Made by a program: the position numbers and the translations under genes. Under the pieces are notes generated by a model. That model searched no databases and was not told the origin of the DNA. It saw only the letters and a program-made list of their open reading frames with translations. A stretch of 40,077 nucleotides of DNA, from IMG/VR virus record IMGVR_UViG_3300020045_006575, positions 1-40,077 of that record; one strand, 5' to 3'. Of this stretch, positions 26,932 through 38,300 are shown one piece after another (the stretch's first letter is position 1; the number at the start of each line of letters is the position of its first letter). Source of the stretch: a virus (Duplodnaviria; Caudoviricetes).

Positions 26932-29900
26932 ATGATTCCTTCACATGAAGACATACTAAAAAAACTTGGTTTCACCCCAAAGGGGCTTCTTCCGCCGTCC
27001 AAAGTTCAGACTGCCATTCCAAAACCTGTGCTTACACAGAGTATGCCTTCCCACGAAAGTATCTTACAGAAGATCGGCGGTCAGCCACCTGTATACAGTG
27101 GGAATCAAATATCTATTACTCCGCCACTTCAAATGGGGATGCAGAGTTCTACGCAACAAACTCTTATAGGGCAAAAATCACCCGCAACACAGGCGTTAAA
27201 CATTGCTAAGTCCACCATACAAAAAGGCCCAGAAACACTCTTAAATCTCGAAACAGGACTTGCCCAGGGCATTCTCCGCAGTGGCGCGGCTGTAGGAAAC
27301 GTTGGTGTAAATGTAACTAATAAAATACTCGGTACTAATATCCAACCTTTCAAACCAGAAACGCCGATACAGCAAGGTGTTTTCGGCACGCAACCGATAC
27401 CAGATATTATTGGTAGACCAGAAAAGGGATTCGTAAAGGGGATTGCGGCTCCGACAGGTGCTGCAATTCTCGCTGGGTTTGATGTCTCCCCTTTTGGTGC
27501 AGAATTCAAAGGATTTAAGGACATCACCACGAAAGTTCTTTCAAAACTCGTTGGGAGGAAAACTGTTTCAAAACAATTCATCTCTGATCTCACTAACTCT
27601 CCTGACCTCAAACAACCAGAGAGGGATTTGATACGAAACCTACTCTCAAGTGAAGGAAATACTGTCTCCGTCCCCGACTTCGCCAATAAGGTAAAGAGTG
27701 AGTTGTTGCCGTTGAAGACTGGAGACAACTCACAACTTTTGGGAGGGAGAGGGATGCCTGGGAAGTACGAAAATATAAATTTGCCGGACGAGTTGCGCGG
27801 CCCTGTGGCTGATTACAAAGAAAGGATATATGAAAGTCCAATAAAAACCTCGGCTGGCGGCGTGCATTTCAGAGATGAAACATACCCCAACTACTTCGCC
27901 CACTCCCGTGTAGAGGATTTGCCCGACACGCAGACTATTAAAAAGCTCACAAGTGCATCAAATAAACCACTCACTGATGCGGAGTTTGAAGCTCTGAAAA
28001 CTGCTGAGAAAGGTGGCTCTACCCGCCGCGTCATAGAACTCCAATCAGACCTCTTTCAGAAGGGGAGGTTGGAGGGGGAGGCAAACAGAAACGATACGGA
28101 AATACTAAGAACATTGGGACTTGAACGAGAGTATGACGACCTTGCAAGTAACGCAAGAAATCTAACCGATGCACAAAAAGCCCGATGGGATGAGATAGAC
28201 AAACAACGAGCTTCGTTCAGAACTGACCGTGAGAATGAATTGACCAAACTCGAACCCTACCGCAACACCTGGCACGAACGAGTAATCAGAGAAGAAGTAA
28301 AACAAGCCGCCAAGGACGGAAAGACCAAACTCCAATTCCCCACAGGAGAGACTGCTATGAAGATTGAGGGGTTGGTGAACCGTAGTGATAAATGGGTTAC
28401 GTTAGACAATGAACTGGTAGACGGTACAAACATTAAGAAAGGCGACCTCATTACCTATCAAACTCACGAGGGCGGTGTACACCCCGATAGAAGGTTCCTC
28501 GTCACTAAGAACAATGGTGATGGCACGTTCGAGGCAGTGGACAGTCTGACCGCAGAAAATGATTCGGAGTTTTACCAACTTATTAAAGACAGAAATCAGT
28601 TGGACGACGGGCGTATGCCTACTTTGGAAGAGTTAAGCAATGTTGGTGCACTCGACAATGAGGCGATGAGGTATCTGAATAAATACTCGGAGCAGTTGTC
28701 AGCAAAGGACACCGTAGACACCAACAACCCCATCTACAAGTTCTACGAAAAAGAAGTGGGTCGCTATCTCACGAATAAATACGGTGCTACTCAAGTTACC
28801 GATCCTCAAGGAGTGAAGTGGTACGAGTTGGACTTAAAAGGGAAAGGCTTTGAAAAAGCACCCGTTGAAGCATTCGGTGCTGGTGCGGGAATACAAAAAG
28901 ATGAAGAAGGTAACGTGAAGTTTGATCCTACTGCGGCTGCATTGGGCGTGGCAGGGTTGGGGTTATTGGGGAGGGCTAAGAGAGTCCTGCCAGCACTATC
29001 GAAAATCCCAACACAAGGACAAACACCGCAAGCCCCCCGAGGACTTCGAGAGATTCTTTCATCGGCCAAACCTAGCACACAAGGTAGGAGTTTGTCAACT
29101 GCCCGCAAGTTTGTAACAGGCGGTGAAAGAATACTCCGTGAGTCTGGCCCGTCAGGAATAAAAATGGCGCAGGCGATGGATGCTCAAAGAACGGCGCAGG
29201 ACTTATTGACAGGACGATACACTGTACGGATCAGTAAGGCACTCGCTGGTCTTTCAAAAGAAGAACGCCTTGCGGTCACTGATTCTTTAGAGGGCGCACA
29301 ACCTGTAAGTGAGAAGGTTGCTAAAGCAACAACAGAGTTAAGAACATGGCTCGACGAAGTAGCCGCGAAAGCAGAAGCAGACAAATTTGAAATGAAAACC
29401 GGCGGCGGTGGTACTGTACCGTTCAAGAAACGTGACGACTACTTCCCGCGTCAATACGATTTTGATGCTTTGGCAAAAGGAAAGAAACGCGAGGAAGCCT
29501 TGCAGTATCTTGTTGCTACAAAACAAGCACCAAACCTCGCGAAAGCGGAGGAACTGTTACAAAATATGATTAACAACGCACAACGCCGCGCGGGGAACCT
29601 AGAGAATCCCCGTATGGCTGATCTCCCAGGATATGAACGTGACCCGTCTGTGGCACTCCCTCGATACGCGCAGTCGGTTGCAAAACGCTTCACCGAAGCG
29701 GACTTCTTTGGGAAAAAAGACGAGAAGATAGCAGAACTAATTAAAAGTATTACCAATGAGAAGGGCGACTACAAGGAAGCCCAGCGTATTTTTGACTTTA
29801 CTGTTGACGGGATGCCGAAAAATAAGATTGTTTCGGCCATAACGCAATTCAATGTCGCAACGAAACTCTCGCTTTCGGCTATCGTAAACGCCACACAGAC

Positions 29901-31422
29901 GATCAACACTGCCACAAAATTCGGTATTTTGAATACCGCCAAAGGTATATGGGGGGGATTTACTAAGGAAGGTAAGGAACTCGCAGAATTAGTAAACGCC
30001 TACGATGATTTTATCATTGTGAAAGAAACTGGTGTCCAACCAGCAAGGATTGTTCGTGGTGTGATGTACATTTTTAAGAAAGTAGAAAACTTTAATCGCC
30101 GGACAGCCGCGAACACGGGCTATCTTTCACAAGCACAGCTAGTGAATACATTACGAAAGAATCCAGAGAGCGGGTACGCAATCAGACAGCTAGAATCCCT
30201 TGGTGTTAGTATTCAAAAGGCCTTGCAAGGGAAACTCACTGACGACGACATTCTTGGAGCCGCCAATAAAGCAATACAGAAGACCCAGTTTAAGGTTGAT
30301 CCGTTTGATGTGCCGCCGTCTTGGAAAACTCCACTTGGCAGACTCATCACCCAATTCAAGTCGTTTTCATTTATGCAGACGAAGTTTGTGCGAGACGAAA
30401 TAATCAAGGAGGCGCGGCATGGGAATCTCGTACCGCTCGTTACCTTTGTGACGCTTGCTGTTCCTGCCTCGCTTCTAGTAGCGGCGGTGCGGAATAAACT
30501 TACGGGGAGAGAGGAGGGAAACATAGACATACGACAATGGGACAAGTGGATGAAGGCTTTTGGAACCATACCTACAGACCTCCTGATTCAAGGCAAATTC
30601 CTCAAAGACACAATGGAAAACGACATGATGACTCCACTCCAAAAGAGTGCGCGAGTTGCAGGAACTGTAGCGGGGCCAACTGCAGACGAAGCTGGGAAGC
30701 TCATTGCTGGTGTGGAGAACATTCGTATCACTGAAGACAAGAACAAAGAATATCTACGGAGACAAGGAAAAGAAGAAGACCCATACAAACAGCTCAAGAG
30801 ACAGGCTGTGGAAAAGATACCGTTTGTTGGGCAATACCTGAAAAACACCTATCTTGGCTATCCGAAAAGCACCAAGACTTTAGAAGAGAAGGAGGCCAAC
30901 GCAGTCAAGTATGACATCATCGAGAAGGCGTTACGCAAAGACTATAATGATGAGGATACAAAAAAGGAAGTAGCAGAATACATAAAGAATCTTCCGTCGG
31001 ATGAGGCGAGGAAAGACCAACTATTTATCATGCGAGAAAACGGCGTGAATGTTGAGGGGATATCGTCGTCGAACTTTAAGACTGAACTTAATCTTGACGA
31101 AGCAGTACGGACGAAGGCGGAGAAACTCTACCAAAAAGTAGAATCCTTCAATCCATCAAAGGGTTGGACGAAGGCAGAAAAAGCGGCTAGAGATAGTTGG
31201 ATTGAAGCCAATCTCAACGAAGAAACTAAAAACAAGTTGGAAGAATACAAAGAGTGGCTTTCCGGTAAGAAAGCGAGCAACACAAAACAGGTCCGCGATC
31301 TCCTTTATCCCGACCCGAAAGAAGCGGTCACGTTTTATCGTTCCCTCCCTGACGATGAGAAACAACGCATCTTTAACCTACTTACCGAAGAAGAAAAAGC
31401 GCAACTAATTAAAGGAAAATGA
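26932..31422 (+). CDS. Large ejection / polyvalent-type virion protein
   Basis: 1496 aa helical; GRLITQFKSF and DYFPR motifs; inserted FAHSR...IELQSD domain. Confidence 0.75.
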   Translation: MIPSHEDILKKLGFTPKGLLPPSKVQTAIPKPVLTQSMPSHESILQKIGGQPPVYSGNQISITPPLQMGMQSSTQQTLIGQKSPATQALNIAKSTIQKGPETLLNLETGLAQGILRSGAAVGNVGVNVTNKILGTNIQPFKPETPIQQGVFGTQPIPDIIGRPEKGFVKGIAAPTGAAILAGFDVSPFGAEFKGFKDITTKVLSKLVGRKTVSKQFISDLTNSPDLKQPERDLIRNLLSSEGNTVSVPDFANKVKSELLPLKTGDNSQLLGGRGMPGKYENINLPDELRGPVADYKERIYESPIKTSAGGVHFRDETYPNYFAHSRVEDLPDTQTIKKLTSASNKPLTDAEFEALKTAEKGGSTRRVIELQSDLFQKGRLEGEANRNDTEILRTLGLEREYDDLASNARNLTDAQKARWDEIDKQRASFRTDRENELTKLEPYRNTWHERVIREEVKQAAKDGKTKLQFPTGETAMKIEGLVNRSDKWVTLDNELVDGTNIKKGDLITYQTHEGGVHPDRRFLVTKNNGDGTFEAVDSLTAENDSEFYQLIKDRNQLDDGRMPTLEELSNVGALDNEAMRYLNKYSEQLSAKDTVDTNNPIYKFYEKEVGRYLTNKYGATQVTDPQGVKWYELDLKGKGFEKAPVEAFGAGAGIQKDEEGNVKFDPTAAALGVAGLGLLGRAKRVLPALSKIPTQGQTPQAPRGLREILSSAKPSTQGRSLSTARKFVTGGERILRESGPSGIKMAQAMDAQRTAQDLLTGRYTVRISKALAGLSKEERLAVTDSLEGAQPVSEKVAKATTELRTWLDEVAAKAEADKFEMKTGGGGTVPFKKRDDYFPRQYDFDALAKGKKREEALQYLVATKQAPNLAKAEELLQNMINNAQRRAGNLENPRMADLPGYERDPSVALPRYAQSVAKRFTEADFFGKKDEKIAELIKSITNEKGDYKEAQRIFDFTVDGMPKNKIVSAITQFNVATKLSLSAIVNATQTINTATKFGILNTAKGIWGGFTKEGKELAELVNAYDDFIIVKETGVQPARIVRGVMYIFKKVENFNRRTAANTGYLSQAQLVNTLRKNPESGYAIRQLESLGVSIQKALQGKLTDDDILGAANKAIQKTQFKVDPFDVPPSWKTPLGRLITQFKSFSFMQTKFVRDEIIKEARHGNLVPLVTFVTLAVPASLLVAAVRNKLTGREEGNIDIRQWDKWMKAFGTIPTDLLIQGKFLKDTMENDMMTPLQKSARVAGTVAGPTADEAGKLIAGVENIRITEDKNKEYLRRQGKEEDPYKQLKRQAVEKIPFVGQYLKNTYLGYPKSTKTLEEKEANAVKYDIIEKALRKDYNDEDTKKEVAEYIKNLPSDEARKDQLFIMRENGVNVEGISSSNFKTELNLDEAVRTKAEKLYQKVESFNPSKGWTKAEKAARDSWIEANLNEETKNKLEEYKEWLSGKKASNTKQVRDLLYPDPKEAVTFYRSLPDDEKQRIFNLLTEEEKAQLIKGK

Positions 31423-31426
31423 AGTA

Positions 31427-31531
31427 TCAAAACGCCCACAACGAAAAGTGGCTTTGTAGCAACCACAATAACCCCTGTCCCACTATGAACGAGGCGAACA
31501 ACACCCCCGTAGTAACGTATGTGTTTTCCAT
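31427..31531 (-). CDS. 34-aa single-TM peptide, antisense moron (not in ORF track)
   Basis: MENTYVTTGVLFASFIVGQGLLWLLQSHFSLWAF*; TTGACT at 31562-31567 upstream. Confidence 0.55.
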   Translation of the reverse strand: MENTYVTTGVLFASFIVGQGLLWLLQSHFSLWAF

Positions 31532-31570
31532 GCAGACCCTTCTACACTACCGCGAGTTAAAAGTCAATAG

Positions 31571-31581
31571 GGTGGTATAAT
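31571..31581 (+). promoter_or_regulatory. Extended -10 promoter, probably leaderless
   Basis: GGTGGTATAAT 7 nt before ATG 31589. Confidence 0.55.
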
Positions 31582-31588
31582 TTACAAA

Positions 31589-32416
31589 ATGAAACACCGC
31601 ATCCACATGACGAGTGAGGAAATAGGAGCCGAAAACTCTGAGCAAACAAAGGAGCTTTTAAGCCAGATTCTAACCAAACTCGACAACAAAGGAGTACAGA
31701 CTGTCAAGATAGATGGTGTGGAAACTATTGCTATTAAGGGGGATAAGGGAGATCAAGGAGATATCGGCCCGCAAGGCCCCGCGGGACAAGACGGTCGTTC
31801 AATGATCGGCCCCAAAGGGCCGCGTGGAGACAAGGGTGTGAAGGGCGATCAAGGTAATCCAGGCAATGATGGGAAGTCAATCGTTGGTCCTCAAGGACTA
31901 CATGGTAAAGATGGTTCACCTGATACCCCTGAAGAAATCATCTCAAAGATAAACAGTTCTAAAAAGAAAATTGAATCTAAAAGAATCGCAGGGTTAGATG
32001 ATATAATTAATTCGGTAGATCAGATTGTAAAATGGCCACAAGGTAAAACCGGTGGAGGGTTTAAGTATAAGTTTTACGATGATGGCGTAAAATTGGCGGA
32101 CTTCATCACTGAAATAAATTTCGGTTCGGGACTCTCCACATCACTATCAAATGGACGATTGACGATTACTTCTGTAGGTGGCAGTGGTGCGAATGTAGCC
32201 ACTGAAAAGCTAACTCCAACAGTTTCTGGTGCCGACATTACTCTCGATCTTTCTAGTCTTTCTCAAACATTCGACACTATTCAGTGGGTAGCCAAGAACG
32301 GACAGATACTTGACTCGTCGGACGCTACTTTTGGGTGGAGTCGGGTAACGACCACGATCACTGTATTAAACGCCACAACAACAGATATATTCCTCGTACA
32401 CTATACATATCTATAA
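31589..32416 (+). CDS. Collagen-like (G-X-Y) fibre protein
   Basis: GDKGDQGDIGPQGPAGQDG...GSPDTPEEI; C-terminal small beta domain. Confidence 0.8.
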   Translation: MKHRIHMTSEEIGAENSEQTKELLSQILTKLDNKGVQTVKIDGVETIAIKGDKGDQGDIGPQGPAGQDGRSMIGPKGPRGDKGVKGDQGNPGNDGKSIVGPQGLHGKDGSPDTPEEIISKINSSKKKIESKRIAGLDDIINSVDQIVKWPQGKTGGGFKYKFYDDGVKLADFITEINFGSGLSTSLSNGRLTITSVGGSGANVATEKLTPTVSGADITLDLSSLSQTFDTIQWVAKNGQILDSSDATFGWSRVTTTITVLNATTTDIFLVHYTYL

Positions 32417-34254
32417 TGAAAAAATTACTCGTTCTTTTTCTCTTATCGACTCCACTTGTCTCGTACGGCCAAGTTTTTAATCAGTCACAGATCATCATTC
32501 AGCCGTATCAGGGTGTTGTATTTTCAACCACTACATCTACTGGTACAAAACTGATCGCCACGACGTCACCAACAGTTGACGCGATCACAACGACGTCACT
32601 AACAGCCACGAGTACATTTAAGAACATACACTTTGTTGGCACAGCAGTGAACTTCCTCGGTGAGTACATCACTGATTTTTCAGATTATGTGCGATCTTTA
32701 TTTCAGGGCTTGGACATCACTGACGCTCCAACATTTGCAGGGTTGACACTTAACACACCACTTTCAGTAGGTAACGGTGGTTCAGGCTCGGTTAGTTTTG
32801 GTCAAGGATGGATATATTCAACTGGGGGCACGAATGCTTTGTTATCCTCAACTTCTCCGACCGTTAATTATATTACGGCGACATCAACGGCGACTTCTAC
32901 ATTTGCGGGTGGTATAGCGGCGGCGGGTTTGGGGGCTTTCAGTTATTTGACCACTAGCTCAATTTCAGCTACATCAACACTCGCAAATGGTATTAATTTA
33001 ACAAAAGGATGTTTTTCTATCTCGGGGGCGTGTATTAGTCTTTCTTCAGGGGAGTGGTATTCAGAAACACCAACTGGAACAGTAAATGGTATCAATGATA
33101 CTTTCACGATAGCAAACACCCCTGATTCTAATTCTCTTGATCTAAAGCTAAACGGTGCTTCTCAAACCGGCGGCGGCGTAGATTACACATTATCTGCGGC
33201 TACTATCACTTTTGTCTCTGCTCCCCTAACTGGGTCGGTGCTAACCGCTCAGTACACAGTCGGCGGAGTAGGCGGCGGTGGAGGCGGTGCGGTTAGTTCA
33301 GTATCGAATTCAGACTCGACACTTACTATCTCTCCTACCACTGGAGCAGTCGTGGCGTCGCTTAATCTGACAAATCCGAACACATGGACTGGTCTACAGA
33401 AACTTTTTGCGAATGCTTCCACTACAGGAATGTCTGCAAATTACGGATACTTCGGAAGTACGGGGACAACTACAATAAACGCGGCGGGACTTCTAACGGG
33501 GGCGTACTCTTCCTCAACTGCGTACGCCACCTTCCAAGTAGCTTCGACAACAAACTTCTACGCTGGTGGACTCGTAAGTTGTGCGGGCGCGACCAGTGCG
33601 TTGACGTGGACAGCGGGTTTGTTTGGCTGTAACACAATCACAGGAGGTGGGGGTGGTGGACAAGGAACGTGGTCAACGACGACATCCCAAACTTCTGGTG
33701 TGTTTATAAACTTTCCAAACGAAACAGACGATGTTGTTGCCATAGGTTCAAATGCTTCTACTACGGCTGAATTCTTTTTTGATCCAACAACTCTCATTTC
33801 AAAACTTTCAGGACGAGTAGAAAGAGATGGAGAAGATAGACTGGACGGGACGCCAAATACGGATCACACCGCAGTTGGCCCAACGACGAATACATTCAAT
33901 GCGGGTGAGTCTATGACGGAATTGTTCTCTGTCTATATGAACACGGACGGTAAGTGGTACAAATCTGACGCGGACGTGGCGGCCTCATCCACTTCAATGC
34001 TGGGAGTTCATCTCTTCAATGGAACCACAGTAACCGCCGACCAGCCCTTACTCGTTGCTCTCTCCTGCTCATTCGTACGGGACGACACTTTTGCATGGAC
34101 TCCTGGGGCAACAATTTATCTCGGGACTAATACCGGTTCTTGGACCGCAACTGCCCCCTCAGGAACAGATGACGTAATTCGAGTTGTCGGATTTGCGGTG
34201 ACTGCTGACGTTGTGTGGTTCTGTCCAAGTGCTGATTATATAACTGCAATCTGA
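32416..34254 (+). CDS. Signal-peptide fibre/decoration protein with C-terminal cement-like domain
   Basis: MKKLLVLFLLSTPLVSYG; ATST repeats; ETPTGTVNG...DYTL domain; GKWYKSDAD...WTPGATIYL...IRVVGFA. Confidence 0.7.
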   Translation: MKKLLVLFLLSTPLVSYGQVFNQSQIIIQPYQGVVFSTTTSTGTKLIATTSPTVDAITTTSLTATSTFKNIHFVGTAVNFLGEYITDFSDYVRSLFQGLDITDAPTFAGLTLNTPLSVGNGGSGSVSFGQGWIYSTGGTNALLSSTSPTVNYITATSTATSTFAGGIAAAGLGAFSYLTTSSISATSTLANGINLTKGCFSISGACISLSSGEWYSETPTGTVNGINDTFTIANTPDSNSLDLKLNGASQTGGGVDYTLSAATITFVSAPLTGSVLTAQYTVGGVGGGGGGAVSSVSNSDSTLTISPTTGAVVASLNLTNPNTWTGLQKLFANASTTGMSANYGYFGSTGTTTINAAGLLTGAYSSSTAYATFQVASTTNFYAGGLVSCAGATSALTWTAGLFGCNTITGGGGGGQGTWSTTTSQTSGVFINFPNETDDVVAIGSNASTTAEFFFDPTTLISKLSGRVERDGEDRLDGTPNTDHTAVGPTTNTFNAGESMTELFSVYMNTDGKWYKSDADVAASSTSMLGVHLFNGTTVTADQPLLVALSCSFVRDDTFAWTPGATIYLGTNTGSWTATAPSGTDDVIRVVGFAVTADVVWFCPSADYITAI

Positions 34255-35339
34255 TGGCTATACAATCATTACCAACTAATCCTGTCGGGGTCTACTGGCC
34301 TAATTTTGGTTCGGTAGTAAGACTTAGTTCTTATCCTGACATTGTGACTGATGGAAGTAGTGGTTTTAATGTGATGATTTTGTTCAGTGCCTACCCAGAA
34401 GAAGGAGGCGGCGGAAGTACTGGTGCTGTCACCTATATCCAAGGTGGTATGTCCGCGGACGCATGGAACAATAGGGTTGCAGATATTGCAACTATCAGGG
34501 CACGGGGTCAGATAGTCCTCCTGTCCGTAGGTGGTGCGGGGAGACAAGTCTATGTGACGTCACAAGCTCGTGCGGATGCGTTGGTAGATAGTCTCATCAC
34601 GATAATAAGTTCCCTTGGGGAGATTGACGGTATCGATTGGAACAACTTTGAACTTGGCGGCTCCGATCCAGTTTATATGACTTATGCAAGTCTAAGGTTG
34701 AAGGATCACTATGGGTCTGGATTCTTAATAACAGCACCACCTGCAGCCTTCGCACTTTCTGCTCCCCCAGCACAAGGAGGGTCAGACAGGTTGATGATGG
34801 CGACTATGCACAGGGGAGGTACTTACGGAAATTATACTGGCTCAGCTTTGGACTGGGTGTGCCCGCAACATTACGACGGGATCAATCAAGTAGCGAACAT
34901 CCGCAACTCTCTTAATTTTTATGATGATACTATTACAGTAGACGCTTCCGCTTTGCTCGGTACAGCTTCTGCGTCGGTCGCTATTCCGAGTTCTAAATTG
35001 GGAGTTGGATTTGGCATGCAGACACCACAATTACTAAGCCAGTACGGACAGGCTGTGTATGACGGGTATTGGACACCGGCAAACGCGATAAGTGCGTACA
35101 CGACAATAAAAAGCGAGCGAGGAACCTTGCGCGGGGCATTTAACTGGTCAGCACACCTCGATCTCACGGATATTTTTCCAGCAAACCTCGGGCCGACAAT
35201 AAACCCAGAAGCGGGAGGTGGTGGCGGTAACACGACTCTCACTACGGTCAAAAAAATAAATGGACTGCTCGTCGTGGCTGTCAAGAAAATAAACGGGATA
35301 TTAGTAAGCGCGGTTAAATCGTGGAATGGAAAACAGTAA
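34254..35339 (+). CDS. GH18 chitinase-like glycoside hydrolase with C-terminal VKKING repeat
   Basis: VLLSVGGA, IDGIDWNNFE, ITAPP, PQHYD, KLGVGF, GAFNWS motifs. Confidence 0.8.
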   Translation: MAIQSLPTNPVGVYWPNFGSVVRLSSYPDIVTDGSSGFNVMILFSAYPEEGGGGSTGAVTYIQGGMSADAWNNRVADIATIRARGQIVLLSVGGAGRQVYVTSQARADALVDSLITIISSLGEIDGIDWNNFELGGSDPVYMTYASLRLKDHYGSGFLITAPPAAFALSAPPAQGGSDRLMMATMHRGGTYGNYTGSALDWVCPQHYDGINQVANIRNSLNFYDDTITVDASALLGTASASVAIPSSKLGVGFGMQTPQLLSQYGQAVYDGYWTPANAISAYTTIKSERGTLRGAFNWSAHLDLTDIFPANLGPTINPEAGGGGGNTTLTTVKKINGLLVVAVKKINGILVSAVKSWNGKQ

Positions 35340-35343
35340 AAGT

Positions 35344-38300
35344 ATGAAAAAATATATACTCCCAGCGATAATAGGTTTCATGTTCACCGCTACCGCGACA
35401 TACGGGGCGTCTATCTTGACTGTCCCGCAAGGAGGTACGGGGGCAGCAACACTCACGGGGTGTCTCACCGGAAATGGCACGGGAGCTATCACAGGTACTG
35501 GCTCAGCGTGTGGAAGTAGCAACACATCAAAGTGGGCTACTACCACTGATGCTACGGTCATAACGCCAAACGGCGGCTCAACCATTGGACTTATTGTCAA
35601 TGCCTCATCTACGTTTCCACAGCTTAATTTTAAGTTTGCAACTGGTACTTCAGCGACTACTTCTACTCTTACTGTTACAAATACCGCATCGACCTCAAAG
35701 TTTTTCGCCGACGGACTGATAACGTGTAATTCAGAGAATATGCTCACATGGGCGGCGGGCATCTTTGGGTGTGAATCCGATACTTCGAGTGCGGGGGGTG
35801 GCGCATTTGCGTGGACTCCGACAACCTACTCAAGTGTCAATGTAAACGCGACATCAACGGGGTTGTGGCTTAAAGGTACGTCACCGTTTTCACTGATTGC
35901 ATCCTCAAGCCTCATTACAAACGCTACTTCGTCGAGTGTTGATGTTACCGCTGCAGGGCAACTGACCGTACAGCAGTGGTCTATTTCTACAACAACAACG
36001 GTGTGTGCTTATGGGTGTGAATATTCATCCATTCAGACAGCTATCACCGCGGGTAGGAGAGACATTGTTCTCAAGGACGAAACCTATGCTGGTCCTGTTT
36101 CAATCGTCGCCGACGACACACGGATTAGAGGCGCAGGGATGTATAGCTCGCTCATTACTTGTGACGCGGCCACGAATGGTCTTTGTGTCTCCATAGCCAC
36201 CACATCGGAACTTACTCGTATTCGTCTTGAGCAGTTTGGTATTGATAATACAAACGCATCATTACTCGGTACCGGTCTTGACACCTCGCAAACGTCAAAC
36301 GTGTACACGGACAATATACGGATTACTGACTTCCTTCTTGGACACTTACACCAAGACGGCAGTGCCCAGAACGCGTTTTACAGTACGTTTAATAACATGA
36401 TCTACGCAGGGGTTGGTAATTGTTTTAAGACTGCCTCAACCACAGCGACCGTATCGGGGAACCTCGTCAACGACAACTCAATGTACAAGCCTCGATGCGC
36501 GCTCGCTGCTACAGCTTCAACAGGTATCGGTTACGACATAATCAACTCAGAGGGATGGACGTTCTATTCTCCCAACGCAGAACCGTTTGATGTTGTCGGT
36601 ACTGGCTTCCGAGTGGATGGTACGTCTATAGGAATTGCCATAATTAGCCCGTGGTTTGAATCAAACGCGACAGCAACAGAGATATTGGCCGGTGCCCTGA
36701 ATACGTCCATTACTGGTGCTGGTCGGATTACTGCCAATACCATTGGTGTATGGAACCGTGGCTCACACACAATTCTTTCTGGCCCGCTTGTGTCAGCAAA
36801 CACAGTCAACTTCGACGACAGCACATTCAATTCGATCTACATGACTACGGACAATGACTTCCCGACTGCTTTTATTGGTGTCGGCACGTCAACGCAAGCA
36901 CTCACTGATACTCGGTTAACACTCGCAGGGTCGTTCTCAACGGCTCTTGCGCCAATGATGTGGATTAACCAAAACGGCGCTTTTGCTAGTGGCTATTCAG
37001 GTATAGGGTTCGGTATGCAAGCAACGGGTTCCTCATTCCCTGACGGACTTGGGAAGATAGGCTGTATCCCTGGCACTGGTTTTGCACTTACTTCTTGCAC
37101 ATGGCACGTTGCTGACGCTGCTGGAGTTTCACAAGAGAGATTGCGTATCAATCAACTCGGGTACGTTGGTATCGGTACAACATCTCCCTACCAAAAACTA
37201 TCTATCGGTGGGGGGAATCTCCATGTGGGAGGCATCATCACAGCTACATCAACCGCTACGTCAACATTTACTGGTGGTTTGAATCTCCTCACCAATGGTC
37301 TACAGGTGGACACGATGGCGGCGGGATGTGCCCAGTGGGCGACGGGTGGCTTCCTTGGGTCAACAGGGTCTGCGTGTGGTGCGGGGGGTGGCGCGTCGCC
37401 TGACTGGATTAAAGTAGTTGGAAACTTGTTGGCGATTACTCCGTCGACTACTCCGATGGGAGTTATCGTCGGTGCATCTTCAACAATAGATCAATTATCA
37501 GCACGATTGTCGACAACAACAAGTGCCACGACAACCAATTTATTCGCCACTCTCGCTTCCACCTCAAGACTTTTCTTTAATAACGCATCGGGGACCCAAC
37601 AAACACTCACGTCTGGATTCTTCCAAAACGGTTTTACCACTGGGTGTACGGGGAATGACAGCGAGACGGTACTGTACAGTGCTGCTACTGGTCTATTCAC
37701 CTGTGGCACAGATAGCGGCTCACAAACTCCGTGGACAGCTGCTATAGACGGCGGTGGGTTTGCTCTCACTAATGCGGGGGCACTCACGTTCACCAGCTTC
37801 ACTGCTACTTCAACTTCCGCGACCTCCTCAATCAGAAACGCGCTCTATGTCGGAAGCTCTACGCCGACAAACAATCTCATGTTCGCTGTCGGTACGATGA
37901 CTCCTATTATTTCTGTTGACAAGAACTCAGGCAAGGTTGGATTCGGCACTATCAATACGAGTCCCGCGCGATACGTATTCCACTCAGGAACAAACGCCAA
38001 CGTCAATCCGAATATCAACTTCTTGGTGCAAGACCCGACCGATGCGCGTGCTGGGGTTTCTGTCGGTGATGATTTCATAGGGTTAAAGTCAACAGGCGGG
38101 CTTGTTGGATTGTTCGGCTTTGATTACGCCGCAGGCCTAGCTCTTAATATAAACATGCAAGAGTTTGGTGGGAATATCGGTGTCGCTTCAGCAACACCAT
38201 CGTTCCTTCTTTCTGTTGGTTCCGGCAACACGGGGACATTTGGTATTTCTACGTCGACAGACGGGTGTACGCAATTTACGAAAGGCTTACTCTGGATCAC

